64,000 bases of DNA from Pseudomonadota bacterium (GCA_043820105.1 JBDREC010000019.1:1-64000); one strand, 5' to 3'. Positions 30,845-41,020 are shown, counted from the stretch's first letter. Notes: generated by a model not told the origin, from the letters alone. Numbers and translations: made by a program.

Positions 30845-31450
30845 ATGCCTTATTTATATCTTATCCGACACGGTCAAACAGACTGGAACGAAAAAAAAAT
30901 CATTATGGGAAAAAAAGATATTTCCCTCAACCAAAATGGCAAAACAGAAATCAATACAATTGTTAAAACAATTAATAATGTAAAGTTTGATGCTCTTTAT
31001 TGCTCTCCAATTAAAAGAGCTGTAGAGTCTGCTGAACTTATCGCAAAAAAGATAAAGCTTACACCAACATTATGTGAACCATTTACAGAAATTCCACTTG
31101 ATATGTGGGAAGGTGAAAAAGCAAAAAAATTAATGGATACTGATGTTAATTTTAAGCTATACTGGAAAAGCCCAGAAAAAGCCATTTTATCTTATGGAAA
31201 AAGTATAAAAGATTTTCAGAAAGACGTATGGAAAGGTGTTTTAGACATTCAAAACAAGCATCCAGAAGGAAACATCTGCATTGTAACACACATGGATACA
31301 ATCAAAATCATCCTTTGCAAAACATTGGGCTTAAACATTAAATTTCTACACAGATTAAAAATTCAAAATGGATCTTTATCTATTCTTAATTGTGCCAATG
31401 ACGACAGTTATTTAGAGGTATTGAATTATAAACCTGCGAGAAAATTCTAG
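30845..31450 (+). CDS. Histidine phosphatase family protein
   Basis: LIRHGQT, SPIKRA, IVTH; AAGGAG RBS before ATG 30845. Confidence 0.9.
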   Translation: MPYLYLIRHGQTDWNEKKIIMGKKDISLNQNGKTEINTIVKTINNVKFDALYCSPIKRAVESAELIAKKIKLTPTLCEPFTEIPLDMWEGEKAKKLMDTDVNFKLYWKSPEKAILSYGKSIKDFQKDVWKGVLDIQNKHPEGNICIVTHMDTIKIILCKTLGLNIKFLHRLKIQNGSLSILNCANDDSYLEVLNYKPARKF

Positions 31451-31559
31451 GACTTTTTTATTGCATACCTTATCGTGAATACATACCTTATCGTGCGAAC
31501 TTAATCTTGAATGAAATAATGAGAATAATTAATAATCAATTTTCAATTTTCAATTGTTT

Positions 31560-31604
31560 AAAAAAAAAGGCCACTAACAAACATTGTTAGTGGCCTTTTT
31601 TTTT
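31560..31604. terminator. Bidirectional intrinsic terminator
   Basis: A-run, GGCCACTAACAA stem, TTGTTAGTGGCC, T-run, between convergent genes. Confidence 0.85.
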
Positions 31605-31607
31605 AAA

Positions 31608-31680
31608 CTCTGGTGGAGGGACTTGAACCCCCGACCCATTGGTTAACAGCCAATTGCTCTACCAACTGAGCTACACCAGA
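31608..31680 (-). tRNA. tRNA-Asn(GTT)
   Basis: TCTGGTGTAGCTCAGTTGGTAGAGC-ATTGG-CTGTTAA-CCAAT...GGTTCAAGTCC. Confidence 0.95.
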
Positions 31681-31739
31681 TCGCTAGACAAAAGTGCGAA
31701 AACTTCTATATAATTTTATTTTTGCTGTCAATAGGAAAT

Positions 31740-32330
31740 CTACTGATTTTCTTTTTTAAATTCATTTAACACTAATTTAGCAATAGCTTTTAAGGATTCA
31801 AAAACTCCATCACCATTAATTGCAGAAGCCTCAAAATCAGGTTTTTCACCTTGATTAAGCAGATTTTTAAGCTCATCAACAGACATCACATCAGGAAGAT
31901 CTCTCTTATTATATTGTATTATATATGGTATAGAATCAAGATCATAACCATGTTCATTTAAATTAACTGTCAAATTGTCAAAGCTTTCAACATTAGCTTC
32001 AGTTCTTTCGATTCTTGAATCAGCAATAAAAACAACCCCATCAACACCCTTAAGAATTAGTTTTCTTGAATTATTATAGAAAACCTGTCCTGGCACAGTA
32101 TAAAGATGGAATCTTGTTTTAAAACCTTTTATATCACCAAGTGAAAGAGGTAGAAAATCAAAGAATAAAGTTCTATCAGAATCAGTAGCCAAAGATATCA
32201 TTTTACCTTTAGATTTAGGTGATACCTTATTGTAGATATACTGTAAGTTGGTTGTTTTTCCGCTTAATCCTGGTCCATAATAAACAACTTTGCAATTTAT
32301 CTCTTTTGTAGAATAGTTAATAAATGACAT
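31740..32330 (-). CDS. mglA: MglA small Ras-like GTPase
   Basis: MSFINY..EINCKVVYYGPGLSGKTTN, DRTLFFDFLPL, TVPGQ, QYNKRD. Confidence 0.95.
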   Translation of the reverse strand: MSFINYSTKEINCKVVYYGPGLSGKTTNLQYIYNKVSPKSKGKMISLATDSDRTLFFDFLPLSLGDIKGFKTRFHLYTVPGQVFYNNSRKLILKGVDGVVFIADSRIERTEANVESFDNLTVNLNEHGYDLDSIPYIIQYNKRDLPDVMSVDELKNLLNQGEKPDFEASAINGDGVFESLKAIAKLVLNEFKKENQ

Positions 32331-32422
32331 TCAAGATCTCCACAAATTAAAAAAAAATTTAAATACCTATATATGAAAATAACTAAAATACAATTAAAAA
32401 GTGCTTTGTCAACATTCTTTGC

Positions 32423-33013
32423 TTACATTTCTCTTCTTTCTGTTAAAGCCATTTTCAATGTTAAATCATCGATGTATTCAAGATCTGATCCAAAAGGCAA
32501 ACCAGAAGCTAAGCGTGTTATTTTTATATTTCTGTTTTTAAGAATACTTGAAATATATAAAGATGTAGCGTCTCCTTTAATATTGGGGTTTAATGCTATA
32601 ATAATTTCTGTTACAGTATTATTTTCAACCTTTTTTAAAAGCTCGTCTATTTTTAAATCAGCAGGATTTATGCCATCAATTGGAGAAATCAAACCATGCA
32701 GAACATGATAAATTCCATGAAATTCTCGAGTCTTTTCTATTAAAAAAACATCTTCTGGTTCTTTAACAACACACAAAATATTTTTATCTCTTAAACCAGA
32801 ATCACAAATTTCGCATATTTCTTTTTCAGTAAGACAAAAACACATTTTACATAGACGTATTTTTTGCTTAATTTCACAAATCACCTCGGAAAGGCGCTTG
32901 TTATAAGCTTCATCTGATCTATATATATGATAAGAAATTTTTGAAGCGGATTTTCTGCCTATACCAGGCAATTTGGATAATTCATTTATTAATTCAGAGA
33001 GGGGATTTTTCAT
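32423..33013 (-). CDS. recR: Recombination mediator RecR
   Basis: LPGIGRKSA, C4 zinc finger, YHVLHG, TOPRIM domain. Confidence 0.95.
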   Translation of the reverse strand: MKNPLSELINELSKLPGIGRKSASKISYHIYRSDEAYNKRLSEVICEIKQKIRLCKMCFCLTEKEICEICDSGLRDKNILCVVKEPEDVFLIEKTREFHGIYHVLHGLISPIDGINPADLKIDELLKKVENNTVTEIIIALNPNIKGDATSLYISSILKNRNIKITRLASGLPFGSDLEYIDDLTLKMALTERREM

Positions 33014-33354
33014 ACATTAAACATATTCTTTAGCATTGATAAATCAAAACCAGTACCTTGCATCATTTCTTCTTCAGCTATTTCCTTGGCCCTGCGATGA
33101 GCTTCATTAACAGCCGCTGCAATTAAATCTTGAATGAGATTAAAATCTGGTTCTTGCCTTAAAGTATCATCAACCTTGATAGACAATATTTCAGATTTTG
33201 CATTTGCAAAAACTTTTACCATTCCCGCGCCTGAAGAAACCTCAAACTCTACAGTAGCTAGTTTTTCCTGTATTCTTTGCATTTTTTCCTGGATGTTTTT
33301 AAATTCCTTCATCATATCTGCGATATTTCCTAGCTTAGAAAAATCAAAATTCAT
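33010..33354 (-). CDS. ybaB: YbaB/EbfC nucleoid-associated protein
   Basis: SGAGMVKV, DLIAAAVNEA; located between dnaX and recR. Confidence 0.92.
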   Translation of the reverse strand: MNFDFSKLGNIADMMKEFKNIQEKMQRIQEKLATVEFEVSSGAGMVKVFANAKSEILSIKVDDTLRQEPDFNLIQDLIAAAVNEAHRRAKEIAEEEMMQGTGFDLSMLKNMFNV

Positions 33355-35012
33355 TTTTTTACTTCCTCTACATTAATTATTTTTCCACCAAATTCTTTTA
33401 GAGTATCTTGAACAACTTTATCTTTTAGATACTCCTTGCCAACATTATTATTCCACTTTTTTTTTGTATCTTTTTTATCTCTTATTACTATTACCTTTTC
33501 TGCATCACAAAAAATTGAAAGATGCTTTTCAACTTCTTTTTTTATTTTCTCCTCGCGCAGCCTGTCTGCCATAAAAAACCCTTTCGGAAAGCTTATCTCA
33601 ATAATATCATCATCAAAATTACTGGCCTCTCCCAATAAGAGCTGAGCGTGAATAATTGGATTTTCCTTTTCAATTGTTTGCAAAAACTGTTTCCACTTAT
33701 CTGCGTCAGTAACATTGTCCTTAATTCCTATTGGAGATTGAGCAGGTAAATCAATTGGAGCGGCTACAGCAGAAGAGTTAATTTCATTCTCAACTTTGTT
33801 TTCAAATTTATGTCTAACTTGTGCAGGCACTTTAAATGATATTTCTTCATTGTTTTCTTTTACTGGATCTTGTTGTACAAATTTGTTTGATTTAATTTTT
33901 GCTTCAACATTGTTAAGCATCTCAAGAGCAGCACTTATTGGAATAGCTGGTCTAATATTTATTAATTTAATAAAAACAAATTCAATTAAGGTATCAGCAA
34001 GCTCGCTTTTAACTATTTGAAATCGCCACTTATAAAGAATATCAAGCATCTGCTCAATTTCACTAATATCACGCTTTGCCTCAGTTTCAGGATCAACCGC
34101 TATATCAATTCTCTTTGAAACAAGTTTTGAAAGCAAAATATTTCTGATTTCATCTGTTAAAGCATCATAAAAGGTAACTATTTCATAACCATGTGCTAAA
34201 AGTTCACGCGTTATTTCTAAAACCTTTTCAGCCTCTTTAAGATAAATGCTTTTTACAACCTTTCGAATAGAATCATGTGGTGGAATACCTAAAAGGGTTT
34301 CAACATCTGCTTCTTCTATATTATTTCCAACAAATGAAATTACTTGATCAAAGATAGATTCGGCATCTCTTAAAGAACCATCAGTATATTTTGAAATTAA
34401 ATGTAAGGCTTCTTCACTTATTTTAATATTTTCACTTTGTGCTATTTCAAATAGTCTATCTCTAACAACTATTTTACCAATTTTTGAAAATGAAAAATGC
34501 TGGCACCTAGATGAAATTGTTTCAGGCACTTTTTGTGGTTCCGTTGTTGCAAAAATAAACTTAACATGTCTTGGGGGTTCTTCTAAGGTCTTTAAAAGCG
34601 CGTTAAAGGCTTCCATTGTCAGCATGTGCACTTCGTCTATTATATAAATTTTATACTTAGATTTACTAGGCAAATAAGCAACTTTTTCCCTTAGATCTCG
34701 AATTTCATCAATACCACGATTAGATGCCCCATCAATTTCAATAACATCAGGTGAAAAGCTTTCTTTAATTTCAATGCAAGAATCACAAACCCCGCACGGC
34801 TCATGGTCTTCAGGTTTTTGACAGTTTAAAGCCTTGGCCAACAGCCTTGCCAAAGTAGTCTTACCAACACCACGACTGCCAGAAAAAAGATAAGAATGTG
34901 CTACTCTATTATTTAAAATAGCGTTTTTCAATGTTTTTTTGATGTGTTCTTGACCTGCTACTTCAGCAAACTTCTGAGGTCTATACTTTCTTGCAAAAAC
35001 TTGGTAAGTCAA
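33351..35012 (-). CDS. dnaX: DNA polymerase III gamma/tau
   Basis: ARKYRP, GSRGVGKT, EIDGASN, IDEVHML, SRC. Confidence 0.97.
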   Translation of the reverse strand: MTYQVFARKYRPQKFAEVAGQEHIKKTLKNAILNNRVAHSYLFSGSRGVGKTTLARLLAKALNCQKPEDHEPCGVCDSCIEIKESFSPDVIEIDGASNRGIDEIRDLREKVAYLPSKSKYKIYIIDEVHMLTMEAFNALLKTLEEPPRHVKFIFATTEPQKVPETISSRCQHFSFSKIGKIVVRDRLFEIAQSENIKISEEALHLISKYTDGSLRDAESIFDQVISFVGNNIEEADVETLLGIPPHDSIRKVVKSIYLKEAEKVLEITRELLAHGYEIVTFYDALTDEIRNILLSKLVSKRIDIAVDPETEAKRDISEIEQMLDILYKWRFQIVKSELADTLIEFVFIKLINIRPAIPISAALEMLNNVEAKIKSNKFVQQDPVKENNEEISFKVPAQVRHKFENKVENEINSSAVAAPIDLPAQSPIGIKDNVTDADKWKQFLQTIEKENPIIHAQLLLGEASNFDDDIIEISFPKGFFMADRLREEKIKKEVEKHLSIFCDAEKVIVIRDKKDTKKKWNNNVGKEYLKDKVVQDTLKEFGGKIINVEEVKK

Positions 35013-35036
35013 AATAAACCTTCTTATAAAATAAAA

Positions 35037-35191
35037 TCACTTTCTTTTCGTGAGTGCTGATCTACGTCTTCCTAAAAATCAAATATGATTTTCAGGGTGC
35101 TGCGCACCCAAAAGAGGACGTTACCGCTGCTTCCTTCCGGACCTGACGGATTCTCGCCATTATGCCGAGCAGCACCCAGAAAAGAAAGTGA
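35037..35191 (-). ncRNA. ffs: Signal recognition particle RNA
   Basis: Minus strand TCAGGTCCGGAAGGAAGCAGC domain IV inside a GGGTGCTG/CAGCACCC helix (core 35095-35177); upstream of dnaX; TTGACA at 35229-35224. Confidence 0.9.
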
Positions 35192-35464
35192 GATGTCGCA
35201 TAAAATAGTACCTTTTTCCTAAATGTCAATCCATAAACATAAACATAACATTGCACTACTTATTTTTTATGAAAATCTCAGAGAAGTTAAATGAAATCTC
35301 GACCTTTAATTGTTTTTAACTTGGAAATTTCATTTTACTTATACTTGGAAAATGGCCAGGTGAGATCAAGGGCAAAATCCTCGCAGGGGATTTTGACCCG
35401 TCTTTTTTTGAGTTAAACACCCGATTTCCTTTTCTAAAATCAGGCAAGCGCGCAAATTTCGAAA

Positions 35465-35911
35465 CTATCTTCTATTCGCGAAAAACTCTTTCATCAATAC
35501 AGCACATTCACTTTCCATAATTCCGGAAACAACTTCCACTTGATGATTAAGTCGAATATCTTTATGGATAGAATAAAGGCTCCCAAAAGCGCCCCACTTG
35601 GGATCTTGGGCACCAAAAACTACTTTGGCAATTCTTGCGTTAATAATGGCTCCTGCGCACATTATACATGGTTCAATAGTTGTATATAAAACTGCTCCAT
35701 TTAATCGATAATTTCCGGTTTTCTTGCAGGCATCTTTAATCGCATTAATTTCAGCGTGAGCACTTGGATCATTATTTGTGATAACTGAATTATGCTTTTT
35801 TGATAATATTTTATCCTCTAATACGATTATTGCTCCAATTGGAACCTCATTTTTTAACTCAGCATTTTTAGCTTCGATTAAAGCTAATGTCATATATTCT
35901 TCATTATCCAT
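35465..35911 (-). CDS. tadA: tRNA adenosine deaminase
   Basis: EVPIGA, HAE, EPCIMC. Confidence 0.93.
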   Translation of the reverse strand: MDNEEYMTLALIEAKNAELKNEVPIGAIIVLEDKILSKKHNSVITNNDPSAHAEINAIKDACKKTGNYRLNGAVLYTTIEPCIMCAGAIINARIAKVVFGAQDPKWGAFGSLYSIHKDIRLNHQVEVVSGIMESECAVLMKEFFANRR

Positions 35912-36058
35912 AGCTTAATAAGTAAAACAGCTAATATTTAATTACAAGAAAATTGCAGATTCTTATTAATAGAAGCCATATTCCACTTGACAGAACTTGC
36001 TAAACGACTATATATAACTACTTAAAATTGTTATTTATTAATTTCCCGGGGTCATCAA

Positions 36059-36790
36059 ATGAGTGAATCAGAAAAACAGGTCGAGCTGCAAATCGGTCGA
36101 ATTAAATGGTTTGATGAAAATAAAAGCTTTGGATTTATTCTTACAAATGATGGAAAAGAGGTTTTTGTTCATCGAAAATATGTTAAAAATTTTAAAAAAT
36201 ATTCATTGATTGAAGGCGATGAAGTTCAATTTGAAATGTTTAAAACTGACGACGGAGTTCAAGCCAAGAATGTTGAAAAACTAGGTATCGCCACTGAAGA
36301 AGCAGCAAGAGAAAGAAAACAGGCTGAACGCTATCTTGCAAATATAATGAGACGAAAATCTCGTCTTACATTTAAACTTACTGGCAGAAGAACAATTAAT
36401 GGTTTAGTTAATGAAGTAAAATCTTATGATTTCGTTGTAGCCTTATCAAGAGAAGAAACAATTGAAGTCAAAAAAATTGAAACCAAATGTATTTATAAAT
36501 ACTCAAATGGTGGTCCAATTTCAAAGCTAATAAAAGTTGATGAAATGACCCGTAGAAAAAAACTAATGCCATCTGAAAAAATAAAAGACAGATATTTCAT
36601 ACCTAATATTTTACTAGAAGAAACTGTAAAAAACTCAAAAGAAGTTACTGTTACTTTAAGTGATGGAGAGGTTATTAAAGGGCCTATAAGCTGGTTTACA
36701 AAATATGAAATGCTAATCGCAGTCAGCCCAAGACTAAAGGTTTTAGTTTTTAGACACTCTGTTGTAGACTTCAAAGTAAAATTCGATTAA
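36059..36790 (+). CDS. Cold-shock domain fused to two Hfq/Sm-like domains
   Basis: GRIKWF..KSFGFI..EVFVH (CSD RNP1/RNP2), then two repeats resembling the Hfq Sm fold. Confidence 0.75.
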   Translation: MSESEKQVELQIGRIKWFDENKSFGFILTNDGKEVFVHRKYVKNFKKYSLIEGDEVQFEMFKTDDGVQAKNVEKLGIATEEAARERKQAERYLANIMRRKSRLTFKLTGRRTINGLVNEVKSYDFVVALSREETIEVKKIETKCIYKYSNGGPISKLIKVDEMTRRKKLMPSEKIKDRYFIPNILLEETVKNSKEVTVTLSDGEVIKGPISWFTKYEMLIAVSPRLKVLVFRHSVVDFKVKFD

Positions 36791-37794
36791 TAAAAAACGC
36801 CTGGTATCCCTTTCCCACAATACTCGCACTTACCATCAGTAATATTTATTTCTGATATCCTATATCCAAATCTGTTAATTAACTCCTTATCACAATCAGG
36901 ACAATAGGTATTAGCATTGGTATCACCGGGAACATTTCCAATGTAAATATATTCAAGATCTGAGTTTTTGCCTATTTCAATTGCCTTTCTAAATTTTTCA
37001 ATGTTCGTAGGATGTCGATCTTGGATTTTGTAATTTGGATAAAACCTTGAAATATGCCATGGCGTTTTTTTATCAACTGAGGCAATAAATTCCGCAATAT
37101 TTTTTATTTCAGCTTCAGAATCATTTAGCCCAGTGACTAATAAAGTAGTTATTTCAAGCCAAATCCCTTTATCTTTTAGAAACTTTATATTATCACAGAC
37201 TGCTTCAAGATTTGCACCTGTGTATTTCTTATAAGTTTCATCATTAAAAAATTTTAAATCAATGTTACAAGCATCTAAAAACGGCAAAATATAAGCAATC
37301 GCTTCTTTTGACATAAAACCATTTGTAACAAAGATATTTTTTATTCCTTCTTTTGAAGCAAGCTTTGCAACATCATAGGCATACTCAATAAAAACAGTTG
37401 GTTCAGTATAGGTATAAGCAATAGTTTCGCATCCTGCTTGCTTTGCCATTTTAACAATTTCATCAGGCTTGTGATATTCGCCATAAATTAAGCCATCACT
37501 AATTTGTGAAATATTATGATTTTGGCAAAACAGGCATTTTAAGTTACATCCAACTGTAGCTATTGAAAATGATTTTGAACCTGGATAATAATGATAAAGA
37601 GGCTTTTTTTCAATTGGATCAATACTAGCAGCACACAACTTTCCATAAACTAAAGAATATAGTTTTCCAGTAAAATTTTGTCTAACATTGCATAGACCGA
37701 ATTTGTTTTCTGGAATTACACAATTATGATTGCAAAGATTACATTGAACTTTGTTTTTTTCCAAGGGTTTATAAAAGAGTGCTTCTTTGTCCAC
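36787..37794 (-). CDS. amrS: AmmeMemoRadiSam system radical SAM enzyme
   Basis: N-terminal C-x2-C-x3-C, DPIEKKPLYH, GCNLKCLFCQN, YTYTEP, C-terminal TYCPDC. Confidence 0.9.
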   Translation of the reverse strand: MDKEALFYKPLEKNKVQCNLCNHNCVIPENKFGLCNVRQNFTGKLYSLVYGKLCAASIDPIEKKPLYHYYPGSKSFSIATVGCNLKCLFCQNHNISQISDGLIYGEYHKPDEIVKMAKQAGCETIAYTYTEPTVFIEYAYDVAKLASKEGIKNIFVTNGFMSKEAIAYILPFLDACNIDLKFFNDETYKKYTGANLEAVCDNIKFLKDKGIWLEITTLLVTGLNDSEAEIKNIAEFIASVDKKTPWHISRFYPNYKIQDRHPTNIEKFRKAIEIGKNSDLEYIYIGNVPGDTNANTYCPDCDKELINRFGYRISEINITDGKCEYCGKGIPGVFY

Positions 37795-37845
37795 TGTTGA
37801 AACTCCTTGTTCTCTTGTTCTCCTGCGCTCTTGTTCCCTTGCCCC

Positions 37846-40275
37846 TTATTTCTTCTCTTCTTTTTTCTTAGACTCTAAAACATTTGCAAGCTTTTTAAGA
37901 TTTTGAACAACCAATCCATTCACAGAGGCTTCAGGAAATTCGCCTTTTTTATTAAGCTTTCCAGCTTTTAATCCTGTCATAATCTCAATGGCGTCATCAA
38001 CACATGATACTGCATAAATATGAAAATTTTTCTTTTCACAAGCTTCAACGATCTCATCTTTTAGAACCAAATCACCCACATTTGAGGCAGGTATTATAAC
38101 AGTTTGAGTGCCAGTTAAACCTTGTATTTTACAAATTTCATAGAAGCCTTCGATTTTTTCGTTTACGCCGCCAATTGCTTGTACGTCACCCTTTTGGTTC
38201 ATAGAGCCTGTTACAGCAACATCTTGCCTTAAAGGAACTTGAGATATAGCTGACATTAAAACCAATGTTTCAACCATAGTGGCAGAATCACCATCAACAC
38301 CACCATAAGATTGTTCAAATGCAACAGTGGCGGAAAGATTAAAGGGGGCTTTACTTCCAAACTTTTCTCGTAAATATCCTGATAAAATCAACACACCTTT
38401 ATTATGTGATTTGCCGCTTAATTTTGCTTCTCTTTCGATATTAATTATACCTGCTTTTCCAGCTGAAACTGTAGCAGTAATTCTTGAAGGTTTTCCAAAA
38501 GAATAATAACCAAGACTATAAACTGCCAACCCATTGGCTTGGCCAACTCTTTTTCCTTTTGTATCAATAAGAAAGATTTTATCAGCAATAAGTTCTTTTA
38601 TTTTTTCTTCTAAAAGCTGATGCCTCAGAATTCCTTCGCTAACTGCTTTTTTTACATGCTCAGGCTTAACAAGCTTTGTCTTATCTTCCAGGGCCCAAAA
38701 ATTTGTTTCTCTTAATAAATCTGCGATTTCGCCAAGTTTATTTACGATTTTCTTTTTTCTTCCGGCCTTACGAACTCCATGCTCAATAATTGTTGCAACA
38801 GCACTTTGAGAAAATGGCAGCATTTTTTCTTCGTCAATAACCCTTTTTATATAATGAGCATAGTTATCAACATTTTTTTTAGTATTATCCATTTCAGTAT
38901 CAAAATCAGCTTTAACCTTAAATATTTTCTTAAAGTCTTCATCATAATGGTATAAGAGTTGATAAATGTGAGGATCACCAATCATAATAACCTTAACATT
39001 AATATCTATTGGTTCTGGCTTTATGGTACTTATTGATAATTGCAAGAAAGCATCAAAATTCTGTATTTCAAGCTTTCTGGTTCTCATAACTCTTTTTAAT
39101 GTTTTCCACGCTCCTACTTCCATCAAAACATCCATGGCATTTACAAGCAAAAAACCGCCATCTGCTTTTAATAATGAACCCCCTTTAATTTTAGTAAAAT
39201 CAGTATAATAAATACCATTTCTATCTTTATCATATTCTTTTTCAATAATTCCAAAAAGATTTGAATAAGTTGGATAGGTTTCAAAAATTACGGGGAAGCG
39301 TTCATATTCTGTGCTATCTTGAATCAAATTAACTTGATAATAAATTACCTCATCAGCTGCTTGTCTTCTTTTTTTAGTCATTCTCATATAAATTTTATCG
39401 CTCTCTTCCACAAAGAGATCCAGATTATCAAGAATGTGTTGTAATACAGAGCCAAGATAATTTATTATTCTTTCATTCGTATAATCTCTGAAAATATCAT
39501 CCATGTAATCTTTGATAACACCCATACCAACTTTTTGAGCAAGAGTAGTTAGGTCTTTCATTAATTCTTTATTTTGAAGGCGACTTTTTTTAACAAGATT
39601 ATCAAGATTTACCTTGAACTTTTCATAGTCTTCCTTAAATTTTTCAAAGCGTTTTTCTTTAATTTTTCCAGCTTTTAAGGCTTCTTCAAGTTTCATGAAA
39701 TCAACTTCTTGACCATCAATTATTGGAACAATATCCAGTTTTAAAACAGCACCAACCTGCATTTGAACCAAAGAAAGGTCTACAGCTTTTAGATCATCTT
39801 CAAATTGCTTAAATTCATAGGCTTCATTGTCGCTATATTTTTTTAACAACCTGTCTTTTTCAACAGTAAATGCCTCTCCCTCATAAATTGGAGGAAGATT
39901 CTTCATTAATAGTTCAATAAAATCTTTCATATCTCTTTTAAACCTAGAACCTTTGCCAGCATCTAAAGTAATTAATTGAGGGTTATCTTCCTTTTTAAAA
40001 TTATAAACATAACACCTGTCTGGAGGCAAAGTATCTCTTTTAGGAAGATCTTTTAAAAAAGATTGCACTATTGATGTTCTACCTGTTGAACAATCACCAC
40101 ATACAAAAACATTATATCCTTTAGACTGTAACTTGGCGCCTAGGTTTAGTGCTTTTAATGCTCTATCTTGTCCAATTATTGAATTAGTTGGTTTAATTTG
40201 GTCTGTAGTAGTAAACTTCAATAAACTTTTTGGGCATTTCCAGGATAAATCATTTTTTTTAAGAACTTTTTTCAT
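37846..40275 (-). CDS. LonC-type Lon protease
   Basis: IIGQDRA, degenerate Walker A, FEQSYGGVDGDSA (catalytic Ser), IGGVNEKIEGF (catalytic Lys). Confidence 0.9.
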   Translation of the reverse strand: MKKVLKKNDLSWKCPKSLLKFTTTDQIKPTNSIIGQDRALKALNLGAKLQSKGYNVFVCGDCSTGRTSIVQSFLKDLPKRDTLPPDRCYVYNFKKEDNPQLITLDAGKGSRFKRDMKDFIELLMKNLPPIYEGEAFTVEKDRLLKKYSDNEAYEFKQFEDDLKAVDLSLVQMQVGAVLKLDIVPIIDGQEVDFMKLEEALKAGKIKEKRFEKFKEDYEKFKVNLDNLVKKSRLQNKELMKDLTTLAQKVGMGVIKDYMDDIFRDYTNERIINYLGSVLQHILDNLDLFVEESDKIYMRMTKKRRQAADEVIYYQVNLIQDSTEYERFPVIFETYPTYSNLFGIIEKEYDKDRNGIYYTDFTKIKGGSLLKADGGFLLVNAMDVLMEVGAWKTLKRVMRTRKLEIQNFDAFLQLSISTIKPEPIDINVKVIMIGDPHIYQLLYHYDEDFKKIFKVKADFDTEMDNTKKNVDNYAHYIKRVIDEEKMLPFSQSAVATIIEHGVRKAGRKKKIVNKLGEIADLLRETNFWALEDKTKLVKPEHVKKAVSEGILRHQLLEEKIKELIADKIFLIDTKGKRVGQANGLAVYSLGYYSFGKPSRITATVSAGKAGIINIEREAKLSGKSHNKGVLILSGYLREKFGSKAPFNLSATVAFEQSYGGVDGDSATMVETLVLMSAISQVPLRQDVAVTGSMNQKGDVQAIGGVNEKIEGFYEICKIQGLTGTQTVIIPASNVGDLVLKDEIVEACEKKNFHIYAVSCVDDAIEIMTGLKAGKLNKKGEFPEASVNGLVVQNLKKLANVLESKKKEEKK

Positions 40276-40379
40276 TTTTTCCCCAAATAATTTTCATCAA
40301 ATTTATTAAAAGAATATTGATAAATAAATCAAACATCAATATAATTTTCAAATATGTTGCTTTGTGAAAAGAGAATTTT

Positions 40380-40901
40380 ATGTTAGAAGGAAAAGTACAA
40401 GTTTATACAGGAAATGGAAAAGGAAAAACCACCGCAGCTATTGGGCTCGCAATCAGAGCTTCCGGCCAAAAGAAAAAAATCTATTTTGCTCAATTTATGA
40501 AAGCAAGATTTAGTGGTGAAGAAGAAGTATTTAATAAATTAGATAATATTATTATAGAAAAATTTTGGAGGAAACCTCAATGTATCTCAAAAGATGAGGT
40601 TAAAAAAGAACATATTAAAATTACTCAAAAAGCCCTATTAAAAATAAAAGACGAATTAATCTCAGGCAAATATAATGTTGTTATTCTTGATGAAATATTA
40701 GTAGCATCATACTTTGGCCTTATAAATGAAAATGATATCCTTGAACTTATAGAATCAAAACCAAAGGACTGTGAATTAGTATTAACAGGAAGATACGCTA
40801 CTGAAAATATCATTGAAAAGGCAGACCTGGTAACTGAGATGAAAGAAGTAAAGCATTATTATGCTGATGGGGTTTTGGAGAGAGAGGGGATTGAGTATTA
40901 G
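40380..40901 (+). CDS. cobO: Cob(I)alamin adenosyltransferase CobO/BtuR
   Basis: YTGNGKGKTTAA, QFMK, ILDE, LTGR, ADLVTEM..KH, GIEY. Confidence 0.92.
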   Translation: MLEGKVQVYTGNGKGKTTAAIGLAIRASGQKKKIYFAQFMKARFSGEEEVFNKLDNIIIEKFWRKPQCISKDEVKKEHIKITQKALLKIKDELISGKYNVVILDEILVASYFGLINENDILELIESKPKDCELVLTGRYATENIIEKADLVTEMKEVKHYYADGVLEREGIEY

Positions 40902-41005
40902 CTTGTAGCTGGTAGCAGGTAGCTTGTAGTTGTCTTTATAATTATTTGTATGTTTTGTGTTCTTTAATTATAATCCTACAAGCTACCAGCTACAAGCTAC
41001 AAGCT
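40899..41005. repeat. Inverted (TAGCTTG)n/(CTACAAG)n heptamer arms
   Basis: Left arm 40899-40932 begins at the cobO stop; right arm 40976-41005 precedes the nagB start. Confidence 0.85.
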
Positions 41006-41020
41006 TAAAAAAGAGAAAAT

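Noticed and set aside
31464-31495. Direct repeat CATACCTTATCGTG x2 near the tRNA-Asn 3' end
   Set aside because: No match to the tRNA end and no integrase; cannot be supported as an att site or operator.
36787-37794. Radical SAM enzyme as maturase for the small peptides
   Set aside because: It is AmrS-type without a SPASM domain and lies about 12 kb away.
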